The notes: generated from the sequence alone by a model not told the origin. A stretch of 64,000 nucleotides of DNA from Candidatus Saccharimonadota bacterium (GCA_017552385.1 JAFZQB010000008.1:1663-65662); one strand, 5' to 3'; positions 36,116 through 45,394 are shown, numbered from the stretch's first letter. A program made the numbers and translations.

Positions 36116-38320
36116 CTACAGTTTAATCAATTTCCAGTTTTGATTCTTCAGGGCAGTTCTCGTGAATATTTCAACGGTATAGTTGCCGCCAGTTTGTTTA
36201 TTCGACAAAGTGAGTGGCTTTCCGGAACAAGCTGAGGATATAATATATTCTTCTCCTGACCGTTCTATGCTCCAAAGCTGATTACAATAACCGCCATTGT
36301 CTTCGAAGGCAATCACGGAGCTTTCGTCTTCAATCCCGGAATTAGCTACATCAAGCCTCAACCCAGAGGTGGGGTTTGTAATATAGTAGGCATTCTTATC
36401 GGTGGAGAACTCGATTGCAAATGTTTGGTTGGCAATATTCTCGTTTCGGGCAGCAAATAAGATTAGCGTTCCTTGTTTCATGCCTGGCCTTACACCACCT
36501 GAAATATCTAAGGCTAGAGACGAATCGGCTGAGCGGATTTGGTATTCTCCCGCAAGTATGTTGAGAGATGTGTTACCCTTCGAGAAGTATGGTTCAAAAG
36601 TTACTTCTACGCCACTCGGCACGACTGTCGTGAATGTGTGATATTCCCCTTCTAGGTTTTGCGATGTGGCAATATTTGCGCCATCACAAACAGATTTGAT
36701 TCTGGCCCCTTTAGCCCTTTTGTCTAAAACCCATTTTTGAGAGCATTTGCTTTCGTCTTGTTTCTCTACAGATATTACTTCTCCGGATGTTAGCACGAGG
36801 CTGGAAGCTGGGTTTTTAAATATATAATTCTTTTCTTCTACGTTATATATTGCTTCGAAGAGTTGATTGTCTTGAAAATTTTTCTTAAAGCTAATTACTT
36901 TTCCTGTTGCCATGTTGTCGGACACTCCCCCGGAGATATCAAATGCATTTTCGCCTATTGATATCTGGTAGATCCCTTCTTCTATGGTTGAATCTGCTGG
37001 CTGAACTGCCTTCAAACTCCATTCTTGTACATTCGATGAAGAACGTTGATTAATAGCTAATACACCATTGGTGTTTTGCAGAACCTTACTCGAACAGCGA
37101 GAGACAAACTTCAGATAGCCAGCATTGGTTTTTTCAATAAGCCAATCTTGATTGCATGAATTATTCCTTGGAAAAACAATAAGTGCGCTTCCGTCGTCGG
37201 TCTTCCCACCACTAACATCAAGATAAAGATTAGTGGTTGGATTAATGATGTTGTAATAACCAGTATCGTTGTTAAATTGTATTTTAAAAATTTGGTTCTC
37301 GGTTGTTCCAGTATTTCGTGGAAAAACTAGCATATCCGCAATAGCCATACCATTTCTAACTCCCCCACGAATATCAAAAACTTTTTCTGGGTTAGATTTG
37401 GAGAAGATTTGATACCAGCCGTCTTCGACTGGCTGCTCGTTTTTCGTCTGAGCCTCGACTATGGGTTCTTTTGAAACTGTCGGGTCGCCAAACCAGTCCA
37501 TGAAGAAAAGATAGAAGTTACGATTGCCGTATGCGCCACAGGTTACAGTGCCATACCCAGCCGCAAGCGCAGCGGCGTTAGGTTGGTAAGGAGTATATCG
37601 ATAGAGCGATGAGGTAGCTAAATTCTCGATGTAGACGATTGAGCCCCCACAAGAAGCATTCGGGTTGTAGTGGATATAATTTTCTCCTAGTGGATAGTTT
37701 GTCCATCCACCATCGAGGACAGTGCGGAACAGCCAGGCTGCGCTTTCGAGCTGGTTCTTTAACCCATAATACTCGCTATCGCACGGAGCAGTGTCGGGGC
37801 AACCAAAACCAGTAGCTGAGCGGAACTGAATTGAGTTAGGCCAAGAATCAGAGATAAGGCCTTGTTCTTTTTCTAGGAGGACTAACAGGACCTGAGGATT
37901 AATCTTATATTTTTGCGAAACCTCGTAGATTACTTCTGCTGCAGTTTGAGACTCCTCGTCCTCTTCCAGAAGATCTCCGTAGTTTGCGCCAGTCACTGCA
38001 AAATGCTCATCGGCAAGACAGACAAAATGGCCATCCTCGATATGATAATGAAGTGACGGGTACCAAGAAGCTTTGATTGTATTGGTATCATTGCAACTAC
38101 CATGGGTATGGAGGAAAGCGTCAATATCAGCAACCGACATGGTGGTGTAATTTGACATGGTATAGTCAGAAATAATGTTGCCTGGATTGAAGTTGGCGAG
38201 CGAGGCAGCTTGAGATTCTCGTGGATGCGCGAAGGTCAAGAATGTAAAAATAGAAATAAAGGTGAAAAGAAAGGTGATTTTGTAAATAAGTCCAGGGTGG
38301 CGACGATTAAAAGCTTCCAT
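36116..38320 (-). CDS. Secreted cell-wall-hydrolase-like protein with three ricin-type beta-trefoil lectin domains
   Basis: 734 aa with a signal peptide. N-terminal domain contains YKINPQVLLVLLEKEQGLIS (glycosidase-like). Three roughly 140-aa repeats carry QxW/QxF motifs (QDW, QEW, QKW, QLW, QNW). Confidence 0.7.
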   Translation of the reverse strand: MEAFNRRHPGLIYKITFLFTFISIFTFLTFAHPRESQAASLANFNPGNIISDYTMSNYTTMSVADIDAFLHTHGSCNDTNTIKASWYPSLHYHIEDGHFVCLADEHFAVTGANYGDLLEEDEESQTAAEVIYEVSQKYKINPQVLLVLLEKEQGLISDSWPNSIQFRSATGFGCPDTAPCDSEYYGLKNQLESAAWLFRTVLDGGWTNYPLGENYIHYNPNASCGGSIVYIENLATSSLYRYTPYQPNAAALAAGYGTVTCGAYGNRNFYLFFMDWFGDPTVSKEPIVEAQTKNEQPVEDGWYQIFSKSNPEKVFDIRGGVRNGMAIADMLVFPRNTGTTENQIFKIQFNNDTGYYNIINPTTNLYLDVSGGKTDDGSALIVFPRNNSCNQDWLIEKTNAGYLKFVSRCSSKVLQNTNGVLAINQRSSSNVQEWSLKAVQPADSTIEEGIYQISIGENAFDISGGVSDNMATGKVISFKKNFQDNQLFEAIYNVEEKNYIFKNPASSLVLTSGEVISVEKQDESKCSQKWVLDKRAKGARIKSVCDGANIATSQNLEGEYHTFTTVVPSGVEVTFEPYFSKGNTSLNILAGEYQIRSADSSLALDISGGVRPGMKQGTLILFAARNENIANQTFAIEFSTDKNAYYITNPTSGLRLDVANSGIEDESSVIAFEDNGGYCNQLWSIERSGEEYIISSACSGKPLTLSNKQTGGNYTVEIFTRTALKNQNWKLIKL

Positions 38321-38910
38321 TATTCTGTGCTCCCTGTTATGCTACCTGTTCTCTCCCCAGAGGTCAGACTAATATTGATAGAAATTGGTCTCGCAAAACC
38401 ATCAAGCTCTGAACTTTGGACATCGAACCCTTCGCATGTCGAAGTAGAAGCGATTGGCACAAGGTTAGCGGTCTTTTCTAATTGATGCGCCCCGTCTGAG
38501 AGGGTAAGTTTACAAGTGCCATTTGACAGAAACTGATCAACAGCGACGCGGACTAACAGTTTATCGCCGTCGAAGCGCGCAGTAGTGATTGAGCCGGTGA
38601 GAGACTCGTAGGTGTTCGGGTCAGTCCCTTCGTATTTTTCTGGAGTTTTACCATCGGAAGATATAACGGAGTCCGTGGTAGAAGGGTCGGCCTCGGTCAT
38701 ATTGGAAGATTGTGTGGTCTCCTGTGTTTCCCCTGACGATCGTTTATCGGGATTACTATTAGTAACAGTATCAGTGCTAGGATTCATTGGCTGCCTAAAG
38801 GCAAGATATAGAAGAGCGGCAACAACGATTATGATAACGAAAAAGAAAAGTGGTTGTTTATAAAATGGGCGATGGCGACGAAGAGATGTTTGTTGTTTGT
38901 TTTGTGGCAT
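38320..38910 (-). CDS. Single-pass membrane protein with an S/T/D-rich linker and a small Cys-pair extracellular domain
   Basis: 196 aa. TM LFFFVIIIVVAALLYLAF. Stop overlaps the start of the ricin-domain gene. CAGGAG SD. Confidence 0.55.
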   Translation of the reverse strand: MPQNKQQTSLRRHRPFYKQPLFFFVIIIVVAALLYLAFRQPMNPSTDTVTNSNPDKRSSGETQETTQSSNMTEADPSTTDSVISSDGKTPEKYEGTDPNTYESLTGSITTARFDGDKLLVRVAVDQFLSNGTCKLTLSDGAHQLEKTANLVPIASTSTCEGFDVQSSELDGFARPISINISLTSGERTGSITGSTE

Positions 38911-38967
38911 ATATTACGCTCCTGTATATATTATATATAGGATAGTTTAAAACTGCAAGAGACGTTG

Positions 38968-40092
38968 CTAATATTTGTAGATATACCATCCTTTGGTTTC
39001 GTAATGGAAACGCCATGCGCGGGAGTGACCTTTTACGCCTGTAGTGTGAAGTTTTGCGTCCCATGGGTCAACATAGCTAAATTGGACTTCCTTGCCATCA
39101 AGAATGATATGTGGTTGGTCCCAGTTCTCGCCGATACAAGTGTTCTGGTCGAAGTATACTTCAATTCGATCAACATTTGTGGTGTTAACAAAACTCGAAA
39201 CGCCAACAAATGTAACAAAATGGCGACCAACTTTCCCGTTGTATTTCTTGCCGTAAGTCTTATTGCCCATGGCAACGCTGACTGGTTTGCCGGACATTAT
39301 TTCTCCGACAAGTTCTTTCACGAGAGCCTTGAAAGCATTACGGTTGACTACCTTGCTAGAAGAATTTTTGATAACCGAGCCGTTGCAATGCATTGGCGAA
39401 TTGTCTTCATTATCGTTAGAGGGTATTGTTTGTGTATGGACAGAAGCGCCACCTCTCAATGGGGCTTCGTGGACTATAGGATTGCCATAAATCATTTCTT
39501 TGGCATTAACGCGAGCCATATCTGCACATACGCTCCCCCACCCGCTAGTGGCCTTATACGATTGGCAGGAGTGGTACTTGGAGCAGGCATTTTTTACATA
39601 TTCTGAAGCGTGAATTTTGGTATCTGCGTAGCAAAAGCCTCCTTCTTCATAAGTGTGCGGGTTGTCCGCACAGGAGACACCTTCTTTGGTTTCCTTGGGC
39701 GGGATTTCTTCTTCGCCCTCACCTGGCGGAGTAGGGGTGACTGGCTCTTCTGGTTCCTTTGGGCATGAAGAAGTCATAGTGTCTAATGTCGAATTAATAA
39801 TGCCACCAGGAATTAAGAACTCAGCAAAAGCAAAGAAAACGCTATAGCACATTATTCCAATAATTATTTCCGCAAATCGCCGTTTAGCCTTGGTTTGAAG
39901 GGCGGGATTGCCAGCGGAAGTTATATACGAAACCCCGACTATTATGATGCTAATTACCGCGAATGCGCCGATTAAAATAGTGAGAATCTCAATACCTTCG
40001 GCAAGTATTTTATATATTGCCCCGCCATCGCAGTAGTCGCAAACTTTTCCAAATAGACCTGTGTCAATGCATTGCAGTATTCGTTCTGACAT
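38968..40092 (-). CDS. Fusion protein: T4SS-pilin-like (VirB2/TrbC-like) membrane hairpin plus P/E linker plus Cys-rich segment plus putative papain-like Cys/His domain
   Basis: 374 aa. VISIIIVGVSYITSAGNPALQTKAKRRFAEIIIG aligns with the pilin paralogs at 60282-62240. The C-terminal domain (GSVCADMAR ... GRHFVTFVGV ... VDPWD) is paralogous to ORF 49975-50871. Confidence 0.7.
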   Translation of the reverse strand: MSERILQCIDTGLFGKVCDYCDGGAIYKILAEGIEILTILIGAFAVISIIIVGVSYITSAGNPALQTKAKRRFAEIIIGIMCYSVFFAFAEFLIPGGIINSTLDTMTSSCPKEPEEPVTPTPPGEGEEEIPPKETKEGVSCADNPHTYEEGGFCYADTKIHASEYVKNACSKYHSCQSYKATSGWGSVCADMARVNAKEMIYGNPIVHEAPLRGGASVHTQTIPSNDNEDNSPMHCNGSVIKNSSSKVVNRNAFKALVKELVGEIMSGKPVSVAMGNKTYGKKYNGKVGRHFVTFVGVSSFVNTTNVDRIEVYFDQNTCIGENWDQPHIILDGKEVQFSYVDPWDAKLHTTGVKGHSRAWRFHYETKGWYIYKY

Positions 40093-40094
40093 GT

Positions 40095-40853
40095 TTATTC
40101 TTCTCCCGAGTTAATATATATCGGATCTGTCCAGACATAAAAGTGCTTTTTAGAAGATAAATTATTAAATATTTCTGAGCCAGTATATTGCTCTGGCAAA
40201 TCCGTTTCGCTATGCTTTAGATTCTCGTCAGAAGAATCAGCGCAAGAGATAGGGGATATATTATATATAGAATCAGCGAGTGAGCCACCGAATATTAGAA
40301 TAGCTTTACTAACTTCGCCAAATTCGTAATCCCATTGGCCAGATATTATAACGACAGAGGCGTTGTCGAGATACAGATTAAGCATAGTTGGGTTCATTCG
40401 TGGGACTTCTACAAGCTCACTACATAGAATATTAGTAGGCGGTTCAGAATAATACTTTTTTGAAATACTAAAGTCTGGCATATATGATGACCCCGGATCC
40501 TTAGATAGCTCATAAAAGTAATTGTTTAGTGCTAGCTCTTCGTCGACAACCGTATCGTCGGTGATTATAGAGCCATCCTGCGAAGGTGTCTCCTTGGCTG
40601 GCTTGGCAGGTTCAGAAAGCGACACGAGAATGATTAGAAGAATAACAATTATTATGAGGCCGATTGTCACAGGGATAGTCCAAAGCGGGAAGGCAGTAGT
40701 CTTATGCTGCTCTTTCCATGCTTGTTTGGCACTAGGATTAGACGGTTCAACAATAGATCCGGTTGGAGATTGACTAACTCTTGTTGAATGGCCAAGCGAA
40801 GCTAAGGCTCGTCTGTTTGTAGAATGAGCCGCATCTGTAAATCTTCTTTTCAT
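40095..40853 (-). CDS. Single-pass membrane protein, paralog of ORF 49352-49987 (candidate immunity/partner protein)
   Basis: 252 aa. TM IPVTIGLIIIVILLIILVSL. C-terminal strings MLNLYLDNASVVIISG and SEIFNNLSSKKHFYVW match ILNFYLDQEDTIVAILE and SELFNQLTSSTKFYIVK. TGCTAAAAT lies 7 nt before the ATG. Confidence 0.6.
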   Translation of the reverse strand: MKRRFTDAAHSTNRRALASLGHSTRVSQSPTGSIVEPSNPSAKQAWKEQHKTTAFPLWTIPVTIGLIIIVILLIILVSLSEPAKPAKETPSQDGSIITDDTVVDEELALNNYFYELSKDPGSSYMPDFSISKKYYSEPPTNILCSELVEVPRMNPTMLNLYLDNASVVIISGQWDYEFGEVSKAILIFGGSLADSIYNISPISCADSSDENLKHSETDLPEQYTGSEIFNNLSSKKHFYVWTDPIYINSGEE

Positions 40854-40900
40854 TAAGCTTATTTTAGCATGCGTACAAGGCTGATTGCAAGGAAAGGATA

Positions 40901-41248
40901 CTAACTCTGTCGTTGAATAGAGTCCGGATCTAAACCTAAAATCGCGGCGGCCCTTAGAAGTGTCTGGATATCCTCTTCAGACTCAGAGGAGTTGATAGCT
41001 TTAGCGAAGAGAGTGACGGTTTCAGGATATATATCGATAGTAACTTCGAGTGAACGGGCAGCTCCTGGAATTTTTCTTAGAACTCCTTTTGCTACAAGGT
41101 TCTCAATATGCTCAGCAACGGCAGAGACAGAGGATAGCCCTACTCCAATCATAATCTCACGATAAGATGGAGAATAGCTATTTTCTCTGAGAAAAGTCGA
41201 AATAAAGTCTACAATTTGCTTTTGCTTTTTTGTCAGTTTTTCGGGCAT
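40901..41248 (-). CDS. LexA N-terminal-type winged-helix DNA-binding protein without a peptidase S24 domain
   Basis: 116 aa from ATG 41248: MPEKLTKKQKQIVDFISTFLRENSYSPSYREIMIGVGLSSVSAVAEHIENLVAKGVLRK. The longer track ORF (to 41470) overlaps the divergent LCP gene. Confidence 0.7.
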   Translation of the reverse strand: MPEKLTKKQKQIVDFISTFLRENSYSPSYREIMIGVGLSSVSAVAEHIENLVAKGVLRKIPGAARSLEVTIDIYPETVTLFAKAINSSESEEDIQTLLRAAAILGLDPDSIQRQS

Positions 41249-41270
41249 GTATGGTATAATTGTATAATAA

Positions 41271-43214
41271 ATGACTGAAGAAGGAAAGACAATAGATGGG
41301 TTTACCGTCCGTCGTGCGGGCGATTCAAAGTTAGTTTCGCGTTCAAAAGCGAATAAACTCTCATCGAATTTAATATCAAGAAAAGTTAAGACGGTAGCGC
41401 AAAATGACCCATTGGTCAGAAAGTCCGTCGAGCGTAGTCGTGTCAAATCTAATCCTGCGGTCCCGTCCATGGATATGAAAGCACGAAAGAAGCCCGTTCA
41501 GCGTCGCAAAATTTCGAAGGCGAAGACGGCGGAGTTATTTGCCGCGGAACCGTTGGCATTTAATTTAGATATCGAGTCATCAAAAGGTGCAGCTAAATTG
41601 TCCGATGACGAGAAAAGATTTGCGGGTGGAATTCGTGAAGAGCTGTCCGATGATGAATCTTATGAAGAGAGTGAAAGAAGCGTCAAGGCACACGATGAAT
41701 TTTTGGCGCCAATAGAGTCTTTTGATGCCGACTCCGACTCAACTAGCAGTGGTGTTGTTTCTGAGGTAGAAGACGAAGAGATTAAAGATATGAAGAAGTC
41801 AAAGAAAGAGTTAAAAGAAAACGAGAGACGTGCAAAGCGCGAACGAAAACATCTCGAGAAGCTCGAGAAAAAAAAGAAATCGAAAGTACGTAAGGTCTTA
41901 AAATGGGTTTTGATTGTTCTTATTCTTTTGATTATCGGCGTAGGTGCATATTTATATTTTTGGGGCGATGAAATAATCCGAAAGATTACTGGTGGGAATG
42001 GAGATATTTGGAGTGCGATTAGCGCATTCACGGCTGAAACGTATGACCCATTAAAAACCGACGAGAATGGCAGGACAAATATCTTAGTGTTTGGCACTAG
42101 TGGTTTTGATTCTGAAGGCACCGGTTTTGGTGGCTACGAGCATGATGGCTCGAATTTAACTGACTCAATTATGGTCGTTTCCCTTGATCAAGAGAGTGGT
42201 GATGTGGCAATTGTTTCCCTGCCGAGAGATCTATATGCTGGATACACTTGCACGGCAACCTCAAAGATAAATGAAGTTTATTGGTGCAATAACCAATACG
42301 GCGATAACGAGGAAGCCGGCGCAGTTGCTCTTCAAGAAAAGATCAGAGAAATACTTGGTATAGATACGCAGTATTGGGTTCATATGAACTGGGGTGCATT
42401 AGTGAATATCGTCGACACGCTCGGTGGGATTACTATCGTACTTGATGAAGACATCAATGATCAGTGGTACACTGGCGCTGTATATTCTGCAGGTGTACCA
42501 TACACAATCAATGGTTATGATGCGTTGGGCCTCTCAAGAGCGCGCCATGGTACTGAGTATGGTGATTTTTCACGTGCAGCAAGCCAGCAGAAGATTTTAA
42601 TTGGTATCAAGAATAAAGTGGTCGAGAAGGGCTTAGGCCTTTCTGAAGCTCTTAATATTATTTCTGCAGTAGGAGATAACCTTCGCATGAATCTTAATAT
42701 GACAGAGATTAAGACTGGTATGCACCTGCTAGAAACTTTGGACTTGGATGGTATTCGCCAAATTCCTATTTGGGATGACAACACAAAATATATGTCGTTT
42801 GGCAACAGAGATGGCATTTCTTATGTGATACCAAGTGCTGGATTCGGCGTATATGGCCCATTGCAAGAATATGTAGGGCAGCAGCTCAAGAGCAACCCTG
42901 CGGAGCGCGAGGGCGCGGTGTTAATTGTCTACAATGGCTCCGGAGAAGATGGTGCAGCAGCGCAAGAACGAGAATTGCTTGAAGAGAAAGGTTATAGAGT
43001 AAAAGATATAGCTAATGCCCCCGAGGGTGAATATAAATATGTGGAAGATATTGAGCTATATGATGCAAGCGAAGGATTAAAGCCGGATACGAAGAAGGCC
43101 CTGCAAAAGTTTTATGGCGTTGAGGCGAAAGATATGAGCTTACTCCCGAACGGGATTTCTCCGATTGGATATGACTTTATAATTATAGTCGGCAGTGCTG
43201 CGAATGCAGAATAG
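41271..43214 (+). CDS. LCP (LytR-CpsA-Psr) family glycopolymer-to-wall ligase with a long basic cytoplasmic N-terminus
   Basis: 647 aa. About 200 aa K/E/R-rich N-terminus, a TM, then LCP core NILVFGTSG...SNLTDSIMVVSLDQESGDVAIVSLPRDLY and a LytR_C-like tail. Confidence 0.85.
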   Translation: MTEEGKTIDGFTVRRAGDSKLVSRSKANKLSSNLISRKVKTVAQNDPLVRKSVERSRVKSNPAVPSMDMKARKKPVQRRKISKAKTAELFAAEPLAFNLDIESSKGAAKLSDDEKRFAGGIREELSDDESYEESERSVKAHDEFLAPIESFDADSDSTSSGVVSEVEDEEIKDMKKSKKELKENERRAKRERKHLEKLEKKKKSKVRKVLKWVLIVLILLIIGVGAYLYFWGDEIIRKITGGNGDIWSAISAFTAETYDPLKTDENGRTNILVFGTSGFDSEGTGFGGYEHDGSNLTDSIMVVSLDQESGDVAIVSLPRDLYAGYTCTATSKINEVYWCNNQYGDNEEAGAVALQEKIREILGIDTQYWVHMNWGALVNIVDTLGGITIVLDEDINDQWYTGAVYSAGVPYTINGYDALGLSRARHGTEYGDFSRAASQQKILIGIKNKVVEKGLGLSEALNIISAVGDNLRMNLNMTEIKTGMHLLETLDLDGIRQIPIWDDNTKYMSFGNRDGISYVIPSAGFGVYGPLQEYVGQQLKSNPAEREGAVLIVYNGSGEDGAAAQERELLEEKGYRVKDIANAPEGEYKYVEDIELYDASEGLKPDTKKALQKFYGVEAKDMSLLPNGISPIGYDFIIIVGSAANAE

Positions 43215-43215
43215 T

Positions 43216-43266
43216 GGGGTCTAGCTCTAAAGACCCCTCTAACTAATAAAGGCCCTTGGGGCCTTT
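43216..43266. terminator. Two adjacent hairpins between convergent genes (bidirectional terminators)
   Basis: GGGGTCT-agctctaa-AGACCCC, and AAAGGCCC-ttg-GGGCCTTT followed by a T-rich tract. Confidence 0.7.
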
Positions 43267-43741
43267 ATTCTTCGTCGTCTTTACGATCAACTTTAGAGAT
43301 GATTAAAACCCGTTCACGTCCTTCGCCTTCGGAGTGGGTTGTAATATCAGAATAGTCTTCCGCGAGCTTATGAACAACTCGACGGTCTGCGGCATTAAGA
43401 TTAATCGTCATCGGTTCACCGGTTTGGCGAACTTTTTTTATCCATCCCTCTGCCTTATCTGCGATGCGGTCGGCGCGTTGACGCTTATAATCAGCGATGT
43501 CGACATTGACGCGGGTAATCTCAGCGTTTTTAGCAACGAGAGACATGCTAACAATATGTTGAAGGCAGCGAAGGTTTTCGGCGTTCTTACCGATAAGCAG
43601 GCTGTTCATGCTAGTTGAGGGAACACTAAGTTGGATGACTTCGTCGTCGATGGTTGAATATACCGCGACGTTGATGCCAAAGAAGCTCAGTAGATCCTCT
43701 AGATATTTGGTGGCAAAGCGGATTGACTCGTCTCTGTCCAT
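43265..43741 (-). CDS. jag: Jag/KhpB-type RNA-binding protein (KH + R3H domains)
   Basis: 158 aa. R3H region LNAADRRVVHKLAEDYSDITTHSEGEGRERVLII. Conserved position downstream of yidC. Confidence 0.85.
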   Translation of the reverse strand: MDRDESIRFATKYLEDLLSFFGINVAVYSTIDDEVIQLSVPSTSMNSLLIGKNAENLRCLQHIVSMSLVAKNAEITRVNVDIADYKRQRADRIADKAEGWIKKVRQTGEPMTINLNAADRRVVHKLAEDYSDITTHSEGEGRERVLIISKVDRKDDEE

Positions 43742-43746
43742 AATTG

Positions 43747-44796
43747 TTATCTCCTTTTCTTTTTATTATCTTTGGCGGAGATACGAGTTATTTTTGTTCC
43801 TGTCTTTTTATTTTCTATCACTTCAGCTTCCTGAATGTGTTTAAGTTCTTTAAGGACGGCCTTGTCGGCAGAGATTTCCATCTCTTTTTCGGCTTTATCC
43901 AAGACAATTTTTTGCTGGACAAAGGTAATAACGTTCGATAAGAAGTAGTAAAGAATAAGGGCACCTGGGAGGTTAATCATGATTAAGAGGAGCATAATTG
44001 GCATAAATGTGCCCATCTGAGCAGAAGTCATATCGTTTATTTCTGCTTGGTTGACTTCTTTGCCCTCACCCGCTTCTTTCATGAGCTGACGGAAGCTCTT
44101 ACCTTTGCTCTTGCCAGAAGGGCGAATTTGCTTTTGAGTGAGGTATTGAACAAAACAAGCCAAAACAGCAAGAAAGAGGGCGAAAATGGCGCTTGGGCTG
44201 ACAAACCCTGGCGTTGCCTCAAGATTCACGATCCCGAAGAGATTGGGGTGGAACTCATAGACTGGTGTCTCCGCAGAAGACTTCTCCTCTTCTGTCTTAG
44301 ACTCATCGGCTTGAATAGCATCATAAGATGATTTTTCCTCTAGGTATTTATTTTGGAGACGAATAACCTCTTGGATACGAGATCCATCTTGCTTAACAAA
44401 CGAATAGGCGCGAGCATCGAGGTTTGAGTCGATTGTTGGAATATTGACCATTACTCGAATAGCGCCGAAAATCGCGATAAACATCGGTAATTGAATAATA
44501 AGAGCGAGAATAGCCCGGAATGGTTTGACGTTATACTTCTTATACAGATCCATTGTCTGCAAGGACTCTAGTTGGCGGTTCCCTGCACAATTCTTCTTAA
44601 TCTCGGCTAGCTCAGGTTGAATCTTGCGCATGAGCTTGGTTTGGTGGAGTTGTCGTTTAACTAGTGGCCACATACAAAGTTTAACCACTATGACAAAGAG
44701 GATAATGGCAAGGCCAAAATCGCCAACAAGATTATAGATAAGGAAAAGAATGTTTGTAATTGGGCGGACAATAATAGTATCTATTAGGCTAAACAT
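43747..44796 (-). CDS. yidC: Membrane protein insertase YidC
   Basis: 349 aa. FGLAIILFVIVVKLCMWPL...KLMRKIQPELAEIKKN...MDLYKKYNVKPF motifs. Synteny with rnpA. Confidence 0.92.
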   Translation of the reverse strand: MFSLIDTIIVRPITNILFLIYNLVGDFGLAIILFVIVVKLCMWPLVKRQLHQTKLMRKIQPELAEIKKNCAGNRQLESLQTMDLYKKYNVKPFRAILALIIQLPMFIAIFGAIRVMVNIPTIDSNLDARAYSFVKQDGSRIQEVIRLQNKYLEEKSSYDAIQADESKTEEEKSSAETPVYEFHPNLFGIVNLEATPGFVSPSAIFALFLAVLACFVQYLTQKQIRPSGKSKGKSFRQLMKEAGEGKEVNQAEINDMTSAQMGTFMPIMLLLIMINLPGALILYYFLSNVITFVQQKIVLDKAEKEMEISADKAVLKELKHIQEAEVIENKKTGTKITRISAKDNKKKRR

Positions 44797-44803
44797 ATCT
44801 TTC

Positions 44804-45145
44804 CTATTGTAACATACTTTCCTCTATAAGAGAACGGATAGTTTTCTGTAGCTCCAGATATGGCTGGTCCTTAACCGCCTTGGAGTAAATAACAAAAATA
44901 TAGTCGCGAGGTTTTTTAAATTTATCTAGATTAAGCCGAATTATCTCGTAGATGCGACGACGAATCCGATTGCGGCCAACGGCTGACTTGATGACCTTCT
45001 TAGAGACAACAACAGCAAAGCGGGTTTTCCCGCGCGAGTTGTCACAGAAAATCAACGAAAGGTCTGGCCGTCGAATCGTTTTGCCGGACCTATAGACAGA
45101 TTTAACTCCACCACGAGAGTGGAAGCGATATTCTTTAACTAGCAT
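44804..45145 (-). CDS. rnpA: Ribonuclease P protein component
   Basis: 113 aa. FAVVVSKKVIKSAVGRNRIRRRIYE (RNR motif). Located between rpmH and yidC. Confidence 0.92.
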   Translation of the reverse strand: MLVKEYRFHSRGGVKSVYRSGKTIRRPDLSLIFCDNSRGKTRFAVVVSKKVIKSAVGRNRIRRRIYEIIRLNLDKFKKPRDYIFVIYSKAVKDQPYLELQKTIRSLIEESMLQ

Positions 45146-45172
45146 ATATTATATATATTATAACATATAGAA

Positions 45173-45195
45173 AGAAGCTGGCTTTGCCAGCTTCT
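45173..45195 (-). terminator. Hairpin immediately after the rpmH stop
   Basis: AGAAGCTGGC-ttt-GCCAGCTTCT perfect 10-bp stem. Only a weak T-tract follows, and a TGTTATAAT promoter for rnpA comes next. Confidence 0.5.
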
Positions 45196-45197
45196 TA

Positions 45198-45335
45198 TTA
45201 ATAGGTAAGTTGTTTGCGGCCTTTAAGGCGGCGGCGCTTTAGAACTAGGCGACCAGCATGGGTAGCGTTTCTCTTCATGAAGCCATGTTCAGCTTTGCGC
45301 TGACGCTTGTGTGGCTGATATGTGCGTTTTGGCAT
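45198..45335 (-). CDS. rpmH: 50S ribosomal protein L34
   Basis: Hand translation gives [45 protein letters not shown] (45 aa). Too short for the ORF track. Confidence 0.95.
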   Translation of the reverse strand: MPKRTYQPHKRQRKAEHGFMKRNATHAGRLVLKRRRLKGRKQLTY

Positions 45336-45394
45336 AAATCTTAGAATCCTATATAGTTTTAAATTTTGCAAATATTTGTTGTATTATATCGCAG

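Noticed and set aside
38965-39606. 213-aa plus-strand ORF overlapping the pilin-fusion gene
   Set aside because: The minus-strand frame carries the pilin hairpin motif and a domain paralogous to ORF 49975-50871. The plus-strand product has no features and no promoter or SD.
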